Positions 17,835-28,854 of a stretch of DNA of 64,000 nt are shown here, piece after piece. Numbering within the stretch: position 1 is the first letter of the stretch; every line of letters starts with the position of its first letter. Under the pieces are notes generated by a model that did not search any database, had not been told where the DNA came from, and saw nothing but the letters and a program-made list of their open reading frames with translations. The position numbers were made by a program, and so were the translations under genes. Source of the stretch: Trueperaceae bacterium (lineage in GTDB: Bacteria; Deinococcota; Deinococci; Deinococcales; Trueperaceae); NCBI GenBank assembly GCA_965213705.1, contig OZ243913.1, forward strand, positions 576,001 to 640,000, in the 5' to 3' direction.

Positions 17835-18785
17835 ATGAAAAAAGTTGTATTGGCAGGCATGTTGGTTCTGGGCACTCTGTTCACAGCGTGTGGACAGCGT
17901 TCCGAAGCGGCGCTGGACGCGCTGAGCTTTGGCGAGTTGCCACTGGTGACGGACACCGAGGCGTTGCTGGAACCGCTGAGCACTTTCGGAGTCATTCACT
18001 TGGCCGAAACTGAGGAGTTGGGCGAACTAGCCCTAGCACAAGGCGCGGGCCTCGTAGGTTACACGCCGTTGCCCGATGGGGACTGGGGGGTGCTGGAAAA
18101 GTTACCTGAAGTGATTAACCCCATGTGCCTACTTATCCTTTGTGACGACGAAGGTAATCCCGTACCGGATTCGTACGACGGTTTCACGGTGGGCCAAGAC
18201 CTTTTAGCGGTTTACGCTACCCCCACGTTCGTCGAGCGGGTCGCGCAGTACGGAATAGGCGCGGAGGATTTGCAGCTGCTGGACGCCGCTGCCTTAGTTG
18301 AAATGGTCGTTGAAACCGGTGTCAGGGTCGGCAGTGTCGGTTTGTACGGCCCAGACAGTCCTATGGCGCGCTACTGCGCCACACGGCCCGTCCCCCACGT
18401 ATGCAAGATTATGAGTGTTGCTGGGGTGGATGTCCTCGAGCTGGACGTTTCCGAAGTGGCTAAGACTTCGGGTGTCGGCCTCATCATCACCGACTTTGGC
18501 GCTTTGACGCGGCTCGACACGGTGGGCGAACTCACGCAGTTGCACGGCGAAGGTTTCACCCCCGTTTTCTCGGCGCTCCAAGTCGGCTTTCCCCAAACTG
18601 TGAACAAAGCTGCTGCTGCGAGCTTTCTCGAGAACATTTACAGCGACGAGGGCCAAATCAGGTTGGCGCAAGCAGGCGTGATTCCCGTAACGGAACGGGC
18701 CTTTGCCGAAATCGTCAGAGGCGACCTCGCTGTGCATGTAGAAGCCGCACTCAGGGCCAGACCTACGCCCATTCCGGTCGATTGA
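17835..18785 (+). CDS. hypothetical lipoprotein, possible periplasmic-binding-protein fold
   Basis: Lipobox LFTAC; C-terminal FLENIYSDEGQIRLAQAGVIPV resembles PstS/ModA tails. Confidence 0.6.
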   Translation: MKKVVLAGMLVLGTLFTACGQRSEAALDALSFGELPLVTDTEALLEPLSTFGVIHLAETEELGELALAQGAGLVGYTPLPDGDWGVLEKLPEVINPMCLLILCDDEGNPVPDSYDGFTVGQDLLAVYATPTFVERVAQYGIGAEDLQLLDAAALVEMVVETGVRVGSVGLYGPDSPMARYCATRPVPHVCKIMSVAGVDVLELDVSEVAKTSGVGLIITDFGALTRLDTVGELTQLHGEGFTPVFSALQVGFPQTVNKAAAASFLENIYSDEGQIRLAQAGVIPVTERAFAEIVRGDLAVHVEAALRARPTPIPVD

Positions 18786-18852
18786 CCTAAATACCGGCGT
18801 TGGACAAAGTCGGAAGGATAAAAGGTGTCAATTGGTAGGTGCTTCAACCAGG

Positions 18853-18890
18853 CCGAGGAGCCGCGACTACGCGCGGCTCCTCGGTTTAGC
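18853..18890 (+). terminator. hairpin, probable intrinsic terminator
   Basis: 13-bp perfect stem CCGAGGAGCCGCG/CGCGGCTCCTCGG followed by TTT. Confidence 0.65.
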
Positions 18891-19040
18891 TTAGAAAAAT
18901 TCCGCAGAGCGTTTCTGTCTATCAAGGATGAGTGGAAGGAACCATGTTCGTGTCATGACTGACGCGCCTCGAGCCCGCCAGCACACCCGCCTCCATTTAA
19001 GGTACACTCGTAAGCACAACACAATTTCAGGGAGGTAAGC

Positions 19041-20240
19041 ATGAAGGCAAGACTCAAGTGGTTGGTCGCGGCGCTGCTGGCAACGGTGTTCGTGTTCGCG
19101 TCGGCGCAAGACGAGGTCGTCATCGGCTGGTCGGGCGCGGTGACGGGGCCGACGTCGGACGCGGGCCAATTCGTGATTCAGGGCGTCGAAGACTACTGCC
19201 AGTACGCCAACGAAGAAAACCTCATCCCCGAGCACACGATTCGTTGCATCACCAAGGACGACGGCTACGACAACGACAACAGTTTGCGCAACTTCGAATC
19301 GTACCTGGACGAGGACATGGACGCGTTTATTTCCTACGCGACGGGCGCGACGCTGCAGCTTAAAGTAAACGCGGTAGAAGAAGAGATGCCGGTGATTTCG
19401 GCGAGCTTGCACATCGGCGTCATCGACCCGCCGGACAACAGTTATAACTTTTTGCCGATTACCTCTTACAGCGAGCAAGTCGTGGCGCTTTTGGAATACA
19501 TCGCGCAAAACCACGAGGGCGACGGCAACCCGAAAGTCGCCATGCTCGTTCACCCGAGCGCCTTTGGGCGGGCACCCGTCGAGGACGCTTCTGCCGCCGC
19601 CGCCGAACTCGGCGTCGACATTTTCGAAGTGCAGGAGCACGGTGAAGGCTTGGACTACACGGCCATGCTCCAGCGCTGGGACAACGGCGGCGTGCAGTAC
19701 GTTATCGGGCAGTCGGTGCAGTCGCCCATCGCGGCGCTGCTCAACACGGCCAGGGACTTGGGCTTGCTCGAGAAGATGACCTTTATGGGCGCGCACTACA
19801 CGGGCGGCAACACCCTAACGAGTCTGGCGGGCGACGCGGCCGAGGGCTTTTTGTGGGCCACGAGCTTCGAGCTGGCGAGCCAGATTGAGTTTCAGCGCGA
19901 ACTCGGCGAGCGTTACGGGCGCGGCGAAGAAACCATCAGCGACGTGAACTACACGACCGGCCTGTTGCAAGCGGCCACCTTTATCGAGGCGGCGCGGCGG
20001 GCGGCCGAGGCGGGCGAGGTCTCGAGCGCCACCATTTACGAACAGCTCCTCGCCATGAACGAGGCCGGCGCGGGCGTTTACGACGCGCACGGTTTCGGCG
20101 TCGGTCCGGTGAGCTACGCAGAGGACGACCGCGTGGGCGTGGACGCGTTGGAGCTGTTCCAGGTCGAAAACGGCGAGTTCGTGTCGTTCAGCGAACCCTT
20201 CAACTCGGAAACCTTCCGCGAGGTTCACCCGCCGCAGTAA
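19041..20240 (+). CDS. Liv-type ABC substrate-binding protein
   Basis: Signal peptide; SGAVTGPTSDAG, DDGY, SAFGRAP; RBS GGAGG. Confidence 0.88.
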   Translation: MKARLKWLVAALLATVFVFASAQDEVVIGWSGAVTGPTSDAGQFVIQGVEDYCQYANEENLIPEHTIRCITKDDGYDNDNSLRNFESYLDEDMDAFISYATGATLQLKVNAVEEEMPVISASLHIGVIDPPDNSYNFLPITSYSEQVVALLEYIAQNHEGDGNPKVAMLVHPSAFGRAPVEDASAAAAELGVDIFEVQEHGEGLDYTAMLQRWDNGGVQYVIGQSVQSPIAALLNTARDLGLLEKMTFMGAHYTGGNTLTSLAGDAAEGFLWATSFELASQIEFQRELGERYGRGEETISDVNYTTGLLQAATFIEAARRAAEAGEVSSATIYEQLLAMNEAGAGVYDAHGFGVGPVSYAEDDRVGVDALELFQVENGEFVSFSEPFNSETFREVHPPQ

Positions 20241-20244
20241 AGAA

Positions 20245-20297
20245 GTACCGAGTACCGAGTTGAAAGTAGAAAGTGGCTTTTACTCGGTACTCGGTAC
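20245..20297. repeat. 16-bp perfect inverted repeat built of AGTACCG heptamers
   Basis: GTACCGAGTACCGAGT-N21-ACTCGGTACTCGGTAC. Confidence 0.9.
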
Positions 20298-20317
20298 CAA
20301 CCTGAGCGAGTTGCCCC

Positions 20318-21157
20318 ATGACTGACGCTGCCACAACCACCCGCCCCCAGCGCCCGAGCGACCTGGGCGAAATCCAGCTTTCGATCAACAACATCGAGGT
20401 GGTTTATCACGACATCATCCAAGTGTTGCGGGGCGTCAGTTTGCAAGTTCCGCGCGGCAAAATCGTCGCGCTCTTGGGCACCAACGGGGCGGGCAAAACG
20501 ACGACGTTGCGCGCGGTCTCGGGCCTGCTGAAACCTGAGAACGGCGCGGTGCGCGAGGGCAGCGTGGTGTTCGAAGGGCGAACTCTCCACACCGCTACGG
20601 GCCGGGACATCGTCCGCTCCGGCATCGTGCAGGTGCCCGAAGGGCGGCGCGTGTTCAAGCACCTGTCCGTCGAGGAAAACCTGCGCGTCGGCTCGATTAC
20701 GCGGCGCGACGGCCGCGTCAAGGAGGACTTGGAGCGCATCTACGAAATCTTTCCGCGACTTCGCGACCTGCGGCGGCGGCAGGCGGGCTACACCAGCGGC
20801 GGCGAGCAGCAGATGGTCGCCATCGGCCGCGCGCTCATGGCCGCGCCGAAGCTCTTACTTTTGGACGAGCCGAGTTTAGGGCTCGCCCCGCTGCTCGTGC
20901 GTGATATTTTCGAGCGCATCAAAACGGTCAACGAAGAGGGGACGAGCGTGCTCGTCGTCGAGCAGAACGCCTCCATCGCCTTGTCCATCGCCGACTACGG
21001 CTACATCATGGAGCAGGGGCGCATCGTCTTGGAGGGCGTCGCCGCCGAGCTTAGGACCAACCCCGACGTCAAAGAGTTCTACATGGGCGTGACCGAGGGC
21101 GGGCGCAAGTCGTTTAAGGACATCAAGTCTTACAAGCGGCGCAAGCGGTGGATGTAG
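20318..21157 (+). CDS. Liv-type ABC ATP-binding protein (LivF-like)
   Basis: GTNGAGKTT, SGGEQQM, LDEPSLGLAP, KSYKRRKRW tail. Confidence 0.92.
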   Translation: MTDAATTTRPQRPSDLGEIQLSINNIEVVYHDIIQVLRGVSLQVPRGKIVALLGTNGAGKTTTLRAVSGLLKPENGAVREGSVVFEGRTLHTATGRDIVRSGIVQVPEGRRVFKHLSVEENLRVGSITRRDGRVKEDLERIYEIFPRLRDLRRRQAGYTSGGEQQMVAIGRALMAAPKLLLLDEPSLGLAPLLVRDIFERIKTVNEEGTSVLVVEQNASIALSIADYGYIMEQGRIVLEGVAAELRTNPDVKEFYMGVTEGGRKSFKDIKSYKRRKRWM

Positions 21158-21163
21158 GAGGAG

Positions 21164-21195
21164 AGTACCGAGTACCGAGTTGAAAGTGCCGAGTA
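21164..21195 (+). repeat. AGTACCG heptamer element copy
   Basis: 24 bp (AGTACCGAGTACCGAGTTGAAAGT) identical to 20244-20267. Confidence 0.9.
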
Positions 21196-21297
21196 AGGCG
21201 TGGCTCCAGCGGTCGATTGAGCGCTCGGTTTTCACGGCTTGACCCAATGGGCAACAAAAAGAAATTTCGTAACAACGTCACAAAAACGTGTTTAGTT

Positions 21298-21326
21298 CCC
21301 CTCCTATCAGGAGGGGTTAGGGGAGG
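21298..21326. repeat. small GC hairpin repeat
   Basis: CCCCTCCT-ATC-AGGAGGGG followed by TTAGGGGAGG. Confidence 0.55.
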
Positions 21327-21406
21327 TCTCCTTCTGTGACTACTTCTGAAGTGACCCCACAGGCGTAAGTGGGCTAATTTGGACACTCTGTATTCACTTG
21401 GTGTAC

Positions 21407-22600
21407 TCACTCGGTACTCGTTGCTGTAGTGAAACGTTTGTCCACGACCAAATTGCCCGTGACCGAAGCCTCGAGCCGAATCTCGTTCATCCCCACGCCG
21501 GTCGCGCTGCGGACGCGCTTGCCGAGTTCGGTCGTGTCGATGTTTGTGAGGTCGGCGTCGGTTTCGTGCTCTAAGTGCAACACAACGCTGTCGGTGCCGT
21601 CGGGGCGTAAGGACAGCTCGAGCTGGTACTTGCGAAAGTTCAGCCCCTTTGTAGCGGCGAGGATGAAGAGCAATTCTTTGGGATAAACCTTGACCCCTTT
21701 GATTTTGACCATCGCGTCGGTGCGCCCGAACACGCCCCTCGGCAGGACGAGTCGGCCGCGCAACGTACCTTTCAGCGTCAGGTCGCCGGTCCGAAAACGC
21801 AAGATGGGCATTCCCTCGCGGGTGAGGCTGGTGACGACGAGTTCGCCCTTGTCGCCGTCGGAAACGGGCTGCAGGGTTTGCGGCTCGAGCACTTCCAGAA
21901 CGGCGGCCTCTGTGACAGGGTGCAGCCCGTTTTTGGCAGCGGTCTCCGCCGCGACGACGCCGGTTTCGCTCAGTCCGTAGGCGTCGTAAGCTTCGCAGCC
22001 CAGAGCCGCCTCGACCCCTTCCCGGTAACCCGGCACCGCGCTGAAGGGTTCGCCCGCCGCGACGAGTTTGTCAAAGCGCCCGCCCGCCTCGCCAAGCTTG
22101 CGGGCGAAGCTCGGGTTGCTCACCAGCACGTTGAAGCCGTAGGTTTGGGCGATGTCGACCACTTGCGCGGCGTCGGCCGGGCCGAGCGCCAGCACCGTCG
22201 CGCCGAGCCGCGTCAGGCCCTCGTGCAGCAGCCAGCCGCCCGCGAGCATGTGGTAGCTGAAGACCACCAGGCACCTGTCTTCAGCACTCAACCCGCAGCG
22301 TTCGAGTTGTGCCGCAGCCGCCTCGGCTTGCCAGGTAATATCGTTTTTAGTCAAATATTCCGGCATCCGCCCTATTTCGGGGGCCGGGGTGAGGTGCATC
22401 TGGACGATGTCGGGCGCTAAAAAGCCGCCGTGCGGGTCGGTTTTGAACGCCGCGGTCAGGTCGTCGCGGGTGATAAAGGGCAGCGCGCTCACGTCCTCAG
22501 CGTTGACGTGTTCGGGACTGACCCCTTGCAAGCGCTCTTCGTAAAACGGTAAAGTTTTGGCCTTTGCGACGATGTGCCGCAGCCGCGCGGTTCGGTCCAT
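21407..22600 (-). CDS. phenylacetate-CoA ligase family protein
   Basis: AYDAYGLSETG, GELVVTSL, RFRTGDL, GRTDAMVKIKGVKVYP. Confidence 0.85.
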   Translation of the reverse strand: MDRTARLRHIVAKAKTLPFYEERLQGVSPEHVNAEDVSALPFITRDDLTAAFKTDPHGGFLAPDIVQMHLTPAPEIGRMPEYLTKNDITWQAEAAAAQLERCGLSAEDRCLVVFSYHMLAGGWLLHEGLTRLGATVLALGPADAAQVVDIAQTYGFNVLVSNPSFARKLGEAGGRFDKLVAAGEPFSAVPGYREGVEAALGCEAYDAYGLSETGVVAAETAAKNGLHPVTEAAVLEVLEPQTLQPVSDGDKGELVVTSLTREGMPILRFRTGDLTLKGTLRGRLVLPRGVFGRTDAMVKIKGVKVYPKELLFILAATKGLNFRKYQLELSLRPDGTDSVVLHLEHETDADLTNIDTTELGKRVRSATGVGMNEIRLEASVTGNLVVDKRFTTATSTE

Positions 22601-22646
22601 GATGAACTCCTCAGCTTCTTAGCTAAGAATACCCTTTGGAAGGAAG

Positions 22647-23120
22647 ATGGACGCTCCCAAGTACGCACAGCTCGAGCTTGAACGCCGCTGGCTCGTCGAT
22701 AAGGCGAAGCTGCCGAGCCTCGAGCTGCCGTGTAAACACATCGAGGACAGCTACCTCACGAACACCCGCTTACGTTTGCGCGCGGTGACGGACGGTCCTG
22801 ACGCGGTTTACAAGCTCTGCAAAAAGTATGGCAAGCGAGGTGTGACCGAGGCCGTTGCCAACGTTTACTTGTCGAAAAGGGAGTTCGAGCTGTTGAACGG
22901 CTTAGCGGGGAGCAAGCTCGAGAAACGTCGTTACGCCCTGCCCGAAGGTGCGCTGGACGTTTTTGGGGGGCGGCTCGAGGGTTTAGTCATTTTCGAGGTC
23001 GAGTTTGGCAGCGAACGCGAGGCGCTTTCCTTTACGCCGCCGGACTTTGTAACCTTGGAGGTGACGGGCTTTCCTGAGTACGAGGGCGCAAGTCTCGCCG
23101 AGCACGGGCCGCCGTCTTGA
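22647..23120 (+). CDS. CYTH-domain protein
   Basis: ELERRWLV (ExExK/R), RLRLR, LEKRRY, FEVEF, EVTG. Confidence 0.8.
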   Translation: MDAPKYAQLELERRWLVDKAKLPSLELPCKHIEDSYLTNTRLRLRAVTDGPDAVYKLCKKYGKRGVTEAVANVYLSKREFELLNGLAGSKLEKRRYALPEGALDVFGGRLEGLVIFEVEFGSEREALSFTPPDFVTLEVTGFPEYEGASLAEHGPPS

Positions 23121-23146
23121 ACAGGTGAGTGGTACGCTTCAGGGCT

Positions 23147-23749
23147 ATGAACCCCCTCGAGCCGCTTTTCGAGAGCAACCGCGCCTGGGCCGCGCGCACC
23201 CTGGAGCGCGACCCCGACTTTTTTCGCCATTTGGCTCGCCAGCAAGCGCCCGCTTATTTTTGGATAGGCTGCTCGGACAGCCGCGTGCCCGCCAACCAGA
23301 TTATGGGCCGCGCGCCCGGTGAGGTGTTCGTTCACCGCAATGTAGGCAACGTCGTCGTCCACACCGACCTCAACTGTTTGTCGGCGCTGCACTACGCGGT
23401 CGAGGTCTTAAAAGTGCGGCACGTCATCGTCTGCGGGCACTACGGCTGCGGCGGGGTGCGGGCGGCTTGGCAAGGTACCCGGTTGGGGCTGGTCGACACC
23501 TGGTTGCGGCACGTGCAAGACGTGGCGCACCAACACCGGGCGCAGTTGGCGGGTTTGGACGACGAGGCCGCCTTCCGACGTTTGTGCGAGCTGAACGTGC
23601 TTGCCGGCGTCGTCAACGTGAGCCGCACGACCCCTGTCCAAGACGCCTGGGCGCGCGGGCAAGATGTAAGCTTGCACGGCCTGATTTACGACCTCGAGGA
23701 CGGGCTGCTGCGGGACTTGGGCTATGATTGCCTGAATCCAAGCCCTTAG
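23147..23749 (+). CDS. can: beta-carbonic anhydrase
   Basis: WIGCSDSRVPA, FVHRNVGN, CGHYGCGGV. Confidence 0.93.
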   Translation: MNPLEPLFESNRAWAARTLERDPDFFRHLARQQAPAYFWIGCSDSRVPANQIMGRAPGEVFVHRNVGNVVVHTDLNCLSALHYAVEVLKVRHVIVCGHYGCGGVRAAWQGTRLGLVDTWLRHVQDVAHQHRAQLAGLDDEAAFRRLCELNVLAGVVNVSRTTPVQDAWARGQDVSLHGLIYDLEDGLLRDLGYDCLNPSP

Positions 23750-23758
23750 GAGACCTTC

Positions 23759-25267
<1,509 letters not shown>

Positions 25268-25391
25268 CGCAGGTCTGAGGGACTCGAGCTGTTCGTCAAC
25301 AGCGCACCAACTTTATACAAGATGGAAAGCGTGTGAACCCGGAATCCCCGCTTCGGCGCTTACTCCCGAGGTGACGTTCCCTGTACTCTGA

Positions 25392-26066
25392 ATGATGCAA
25401 ACCATCCTCGTCGTCGAAGACGACCCCGACACCCGGCGCATCGTCACGCGCTACCTGGAGCGCTCGGGTTTTAGGGTCGAGGTCGCGCGGGACGGTCTAG
25501 CGGGTTTGGAGGCCGCGCTCGAGGCCGGTACCGACCTCGTCGTTTTGGACCTCATGCTGCCCGGTTTGGACGGGCTGGAACTGCTGCGGCGCTTGCGCGC
25601 CCGGCGGCGCACGCCCGTCATCATGCTGACCGCGCGGGTCGAGGAGGCCGACCGGATTGCGGGGTTGGAGTTCGGTGCGGACGACTACGTGGTCAAACCG
25701 TTCAGCCCCGGCGAACTGGTAGCGCGGGTCAAGGCGGTACTGCGGCGCACGGGTGAGCGGGAGGACGGCGTCGCCCCTTTGCGCGTCGGTGCGCTGAGCC
25801 TCGACCCCGCCAAGCGCACCGTACATTCGAACGACAGTCTGCTGGACCTGACCACGCGCGAGTTCGACCTGCTGCACACGCTGATGAGCCAGCCGGGGCG
25901 CGTTTTCACCCGCGACGAACTCCTCGACCGGGTGTGGGGCGCGGACTTTGCGGGAATAGACCGCGTGGTGGACGTTCACGTTTCGAACCTGCGGCAAAAG
26001 CTCGAGCCGGGTGACCTGTTGGTCACGGTGCGCGGGCTCGGCTACAAGTTGGCGGAAAACTCATGA
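25392..26066 (+). CDS. OmpR-family response regulator
   Basis: ILVVEDD, LDLMLPG, GADDYVVKPF, VDVHVSNLRQK. Confidence 0.93.
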   Translation: MMQTILVVEDDPDTRRIVTRYLERSGFRVEVARDGLAGLEAALEAGTDLVVLDLMLPGLDGLELLRRLRARRRTPVIMLTARVEEADRIAGLEFGADDYVVKPFSPGELVARVKAVLRRTGEREDGVAPLRVGALSLDPAKRTVHSNDSLLDLTTREFDLLHTLMSQPGRVFTRDELLDRVWGADFAGIDRVVDVHVSNLRQKLEPGDLLVTVRGLGYKLAENS

Positions 26067-27172
26067 GACTGCTCAAGCGGCCGGTCGGCCTGTTCCCGCG
26101 ACTGTTGGGGGCGTTTTTGCTCGTCATCGGTGTGGCGGGGGTGACGCTGCTCGTCGCGGGCTCGCTGTTCGGGCCGCTGCTCTTGGAGCGGCACCTCGCC
26201 AGCATGGGCCTGAGCAATTCTTCGCCCGCCACCGCGGCGATGCTGAACGATTTGCGCGGCGGCTACCGCAGCGCGCTCAAAGGGTCGTTGCTGTGGGCGA
26301 CCGGCGCGGCGGCGCTGGTGGCGGGCGGCGTGAGCCTCTTCATCACCGCGCAGGTCGTCACGCCGTTGCAGCGCCTGGGCCGGGCCAGCGGGCGCGTCGC
26401 CACGGGCAACTACGCCGAACGGCTGGACGTGGCGGGGCCGCGCGAGGTCGGCCGACTGGCGCAGTCGTTCAACCGCATGGCCGCGGCGCTGGAAGCGGGC
26501 GAGGCGCAGCGCGTGGAACTGGTGCGCAACTTGGCCCACGAGGTGCGCACGCCGCTGACCAACCTGCGCGGCTACTTAGAAGGCTTGCAAGAAGGCTTGT
26601 TCGAGGCCGACGAAGAGACGTTCGCCGCCGCCAAACGCCAGGTGACGCGCTTGGAGAGACTGCTGGACGACCTGTCCTTGTTGTCGCGTTTGGAAGCGCA
26701 ACGGGAACGGGTCAAGTTGGAAAAGGTCGGGCTCGAGACCGTTTGCCGCGCCGCGCTCGCCGCGGTGCGGCCGCAGTACCTGCACAAGGGCGTCACGCTC
26801 CACTGTCGCCCCACCGTGTCCGAGTTCGTGGTTTGCGCCGACCCGCTGCGGAGCGAGCAGGTCCTGACCAACCTCCTCGTCAACGCCCTGCACCACACGC
26901 CCGGCGGCGGCGAGGTGGTGCTGTGGGCGAGCGAGGACGCGAACCGGGTCGCCATGCACGTTAAAGACACGGGCACCGGCATCCCGCCCGAGGCGCTGCC
27001 GCACATTTTCACCCGCTTTTACCGCGCGGACAGCGCCCGGCCCCCGGACGGCGGCAGCGGCATCGGGCTGACCCTCGCCAAATATTTCGTCGAAGCGCAG
27101 GGCGGACAGTTGTTCGTCGAGAGCACGACCGGCGCGGGCAGCCACTTTTGGTTCACGCTCGAGCGGGCCTAA
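26063..27172 (+). CDS. HAMP sensor histidine kinase
   Basis: Two TM helices; AHEVRTPL; NLLVNAL; DTGTGI; GGSGIGL. Confidence 0.93.
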   Translation: MRLLKRPVGLFPRLLGAFLLVIGVAGVTLLVAGSLFGPLLLERHLASMGLSNSSPATAAMLNDLRGGYRSALKGSLLWATGAAALVAGGVSLFITAQVVTPLQRLGRASGRVATGNYAERLDVAGPREVGRLAQSFNRMAAALEAGEAQRVELVRNLAHEVRTPLTNLRGYLEGLQEGLFEADEETFAAAKRQVTRLERLLDDLSLLSRLEAQRERVKLEKVGLETVCRAALAAVRPQYLHKGVTLHCRPTVSEFVVCADPLRSEQVLTNLLVNALHHTPGGGEVVLWASEDANRVAMHVKDTGTGIPPEALPHIFTRFYRADSARPPDGGSGIGLTLAKYFVEAQGGQLFVESTTGAGSHFWFTLERA

Positions 27173-27193
27173 ACTCATCCAGCCAAACTGAAC

Positions 27194-27231
27194 GGTTGCA
27201 CTTTACAACCAGTTTGTTGTATGCTACAACT
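27194..27231 (+). promoter_or_regulatory. leaderless promoter overlapped by two putative MarR operators
   Basis: TTGCAC-N18-TATGCT-N6-ATG; palindromes GTTGCA-CTT-TACAAC and GTTGTA-TGC-TACAAC. Confidence 0.7.
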
Positions 27232-27687
27232 ATGTCACGAATAGAGGTCACTGCTTATGAACTCGAGCACACCCTGGCAGCCTTCGTCAGGGCATTCGGG
27301 TTGCACCAGGGCGACCAGACCCCCTGCGGCGTCAATATAAGCGTCTCGGAAGCGCACACCCTCGCCGAACTCGCTCGCGGGGGCGGGCTTACGCAGAGCG
27401 ACCTGGTGACGTTTTTGAGGCTCGAGAAAAGTACCGTCAGCAGACTTGTCACCGGCCTTGGCAACCGGGGTTGGCTCCTGCGCGAAACGCACCCGACCGA
27501 CGGCCGCGCCCACCTTCTGAAACTCACCGCCGAGGGTGAAAAAAAGGCGGCGCAGGTTGTCAAAGCCCGCCAAGAAAAGTTCGCGGCGCTCACCCGGTCG
27601 TTGCCCGAAACGAAACGTGCCGCCGTCTTATCAGCTCTCAGTACCTTAGTGGAGGCTTTACATGAATCCGACAAAACGCAAGCTTAG
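27232..27687 (+). CDS. MarR-family regulator
   Basis: LEKSTVSRLV, DGRAHLLKLTAEG. Confidence 0.88.
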   Translation: MSRIEVTAYELEHTLAAFVRAFGLHQGDQTPCGVNISVSEAHTLAELARGGGLTQSDLVTFLRLEKSTVSRLVTGLGNRGWLLRETHPTDGRAHLLKLTAEGEKKAAQVVKARQEKFAALTRSLPETKRAAVLSALSTLVEALHESDKTQA

Positions 27688-28198
27688 CCTAGTTCTGCTT
27701 TGCTCAGCAGCGCTTTTTTCGGGTGTCGGGGCGCAGACGAACCACGGCGCGGCGAGCCACACCCAGCACGGCTCCAGCCATAAAGAGAACACACAAGAGC
27801 CAGGCTTTAGCGAACGCGAGCAAGCGGTCATGCCCTTCGACGTTACCGCGACCCTGCACGTGTTCACAGACACCGCCACGGGCGGCGTACAGCAGGTGGT
27901 CGCCGACGACCCGAACGACGCTGAGAACATCGCCCTCATCCGCTCCCACCTTGTGGAAGAAGCCACTCGCTTTGCGAGTGGAGACTTTACCGACCCAGGC
28001 TACCTGCACGGTGAGACCATGCCGGGCCTCGCCGAGTTGACGGCCGCGGGAGCCGGCGGTCGGTTGAGGGTCGGTTACAGCGCTATAGACAGGGGTGGGC
28101 AAATCGTGTTCGCCTCCGCCGACCCGGACGTCGTCATCGCGCTGCACTTGTGGTTTCAGGCTCAGGTGACGGACCACGGCGAGCACGCAAGCAACTGA
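27662..28198 (+). CDS. His-rich exported hypothetical protein
   Basis: Signal peptide; VMPFD...HVF, IRSHL, GDFTDP..LHG..MPGL, AQVTDHGEHA. Confidence 0.65.
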   Translation: MNPTKRKLSLVLLCSAALFSGVGAQTNHGAASHTQHGSSHKENTQEPGFSEREQAVMPFDVTATLHVFTDTATGGVQQVVADDPNDAENIALIRSHLVEEATRFASGDFTDPGYLHGETMPGLAELTAAGAGGRLRVGYSAIDRGGQIVFASADPDVVIALHLWFQAQVTDHGEHASN

Positions 28199-28293
28199 AG
28201 TCCGGCGGCCTCAGCTTTATACCTGCTTAACATTTCACGGCTACACTCACCCTCTAGGCGGTGCGTCAGCGACGCGCTGCGGGAGGCTAGACC

Positions 28294-28854
28294 ATGCTAA
28301 AAATCGGGTTGACCGTGTTGCTGCTGGTGTCGTCTTTGGGTTCTGCTCAAACGACGCACAGCATGGACAACATGAGGATGGAAAACGACCTCGCCGACTT
28401 AGAGGGCGAGGCGTTCGAAATCGCCTTTATGTCGGGCATGATTGCCCACCACGAGGCGGCCGTCGGGATGGCGCAGTGGATTTTGGACCGAACCGAGTTG
28501 CCGGGCGTCGCCGCCGGCGCGCAGCAAGTCAAGGCCGCGCAGGAGCCCGAAATCACGCTGATGCGGGGTTGGTTGGACGATTGGTACGGCGGCAAAACCG
28601 ACGCCGCAGCGGCCGCGATGATGCAAGGTGACATGGCCGACATGATGGCGAGCCTGGACACCTACGGCGATGCCGACACCGCCTTTTTGACCGAGATGTC
28701 GCTGCACCACAGCGGTGCCATCGACATGGCGCAACTTGCGCTGCTCAAAGCGGTGCATCCCGAGTTGCGCGAGCTGGCGAAAGACATCATCCGCAACCAG
28801 GCGCAAGAAATCGCCGACTACCAGGAAATTTTGACGGAGTTGGCGGGTCGCTAG
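28294..28854 (+). CDS. DUF305 (CopM-like) exported metal-binding protein
   Basis: Two repeats of M..HH..A..MA (MIAHHEAAVGMA, MSLHHSGAIDMA); Met-rich. Confidence 0.85.
   Translation: MLKIGLTVLLLVSSLGSAQTTHSMDNMRMENDLADLEGEAFEIAFMSGMIAHHEAAVGMAQWILDRTELPGVAAGAQQVKAAQEPEITLMRGWLDDWYGGKTDAAAAAMMQGDMADMMASLDTYGDADTAFLTEMSLHHSGAIDMAQLALLKAVHPELRELAKDIIRNQAQEIADYQEILTELAGR

Noticed and set aside
21200..21296. Possible DUF559 nuclease remnant before the GC hairpin
   Set aside because: The translation shows no convincing motif.
20244..21420. Heptamer repeats as a CRISPR array or integron attC sites
   Set aside because: No regular repeat-spacer periodicity, no cas or integrase gene, and no RYYYAAC/GTTRRRY ends.
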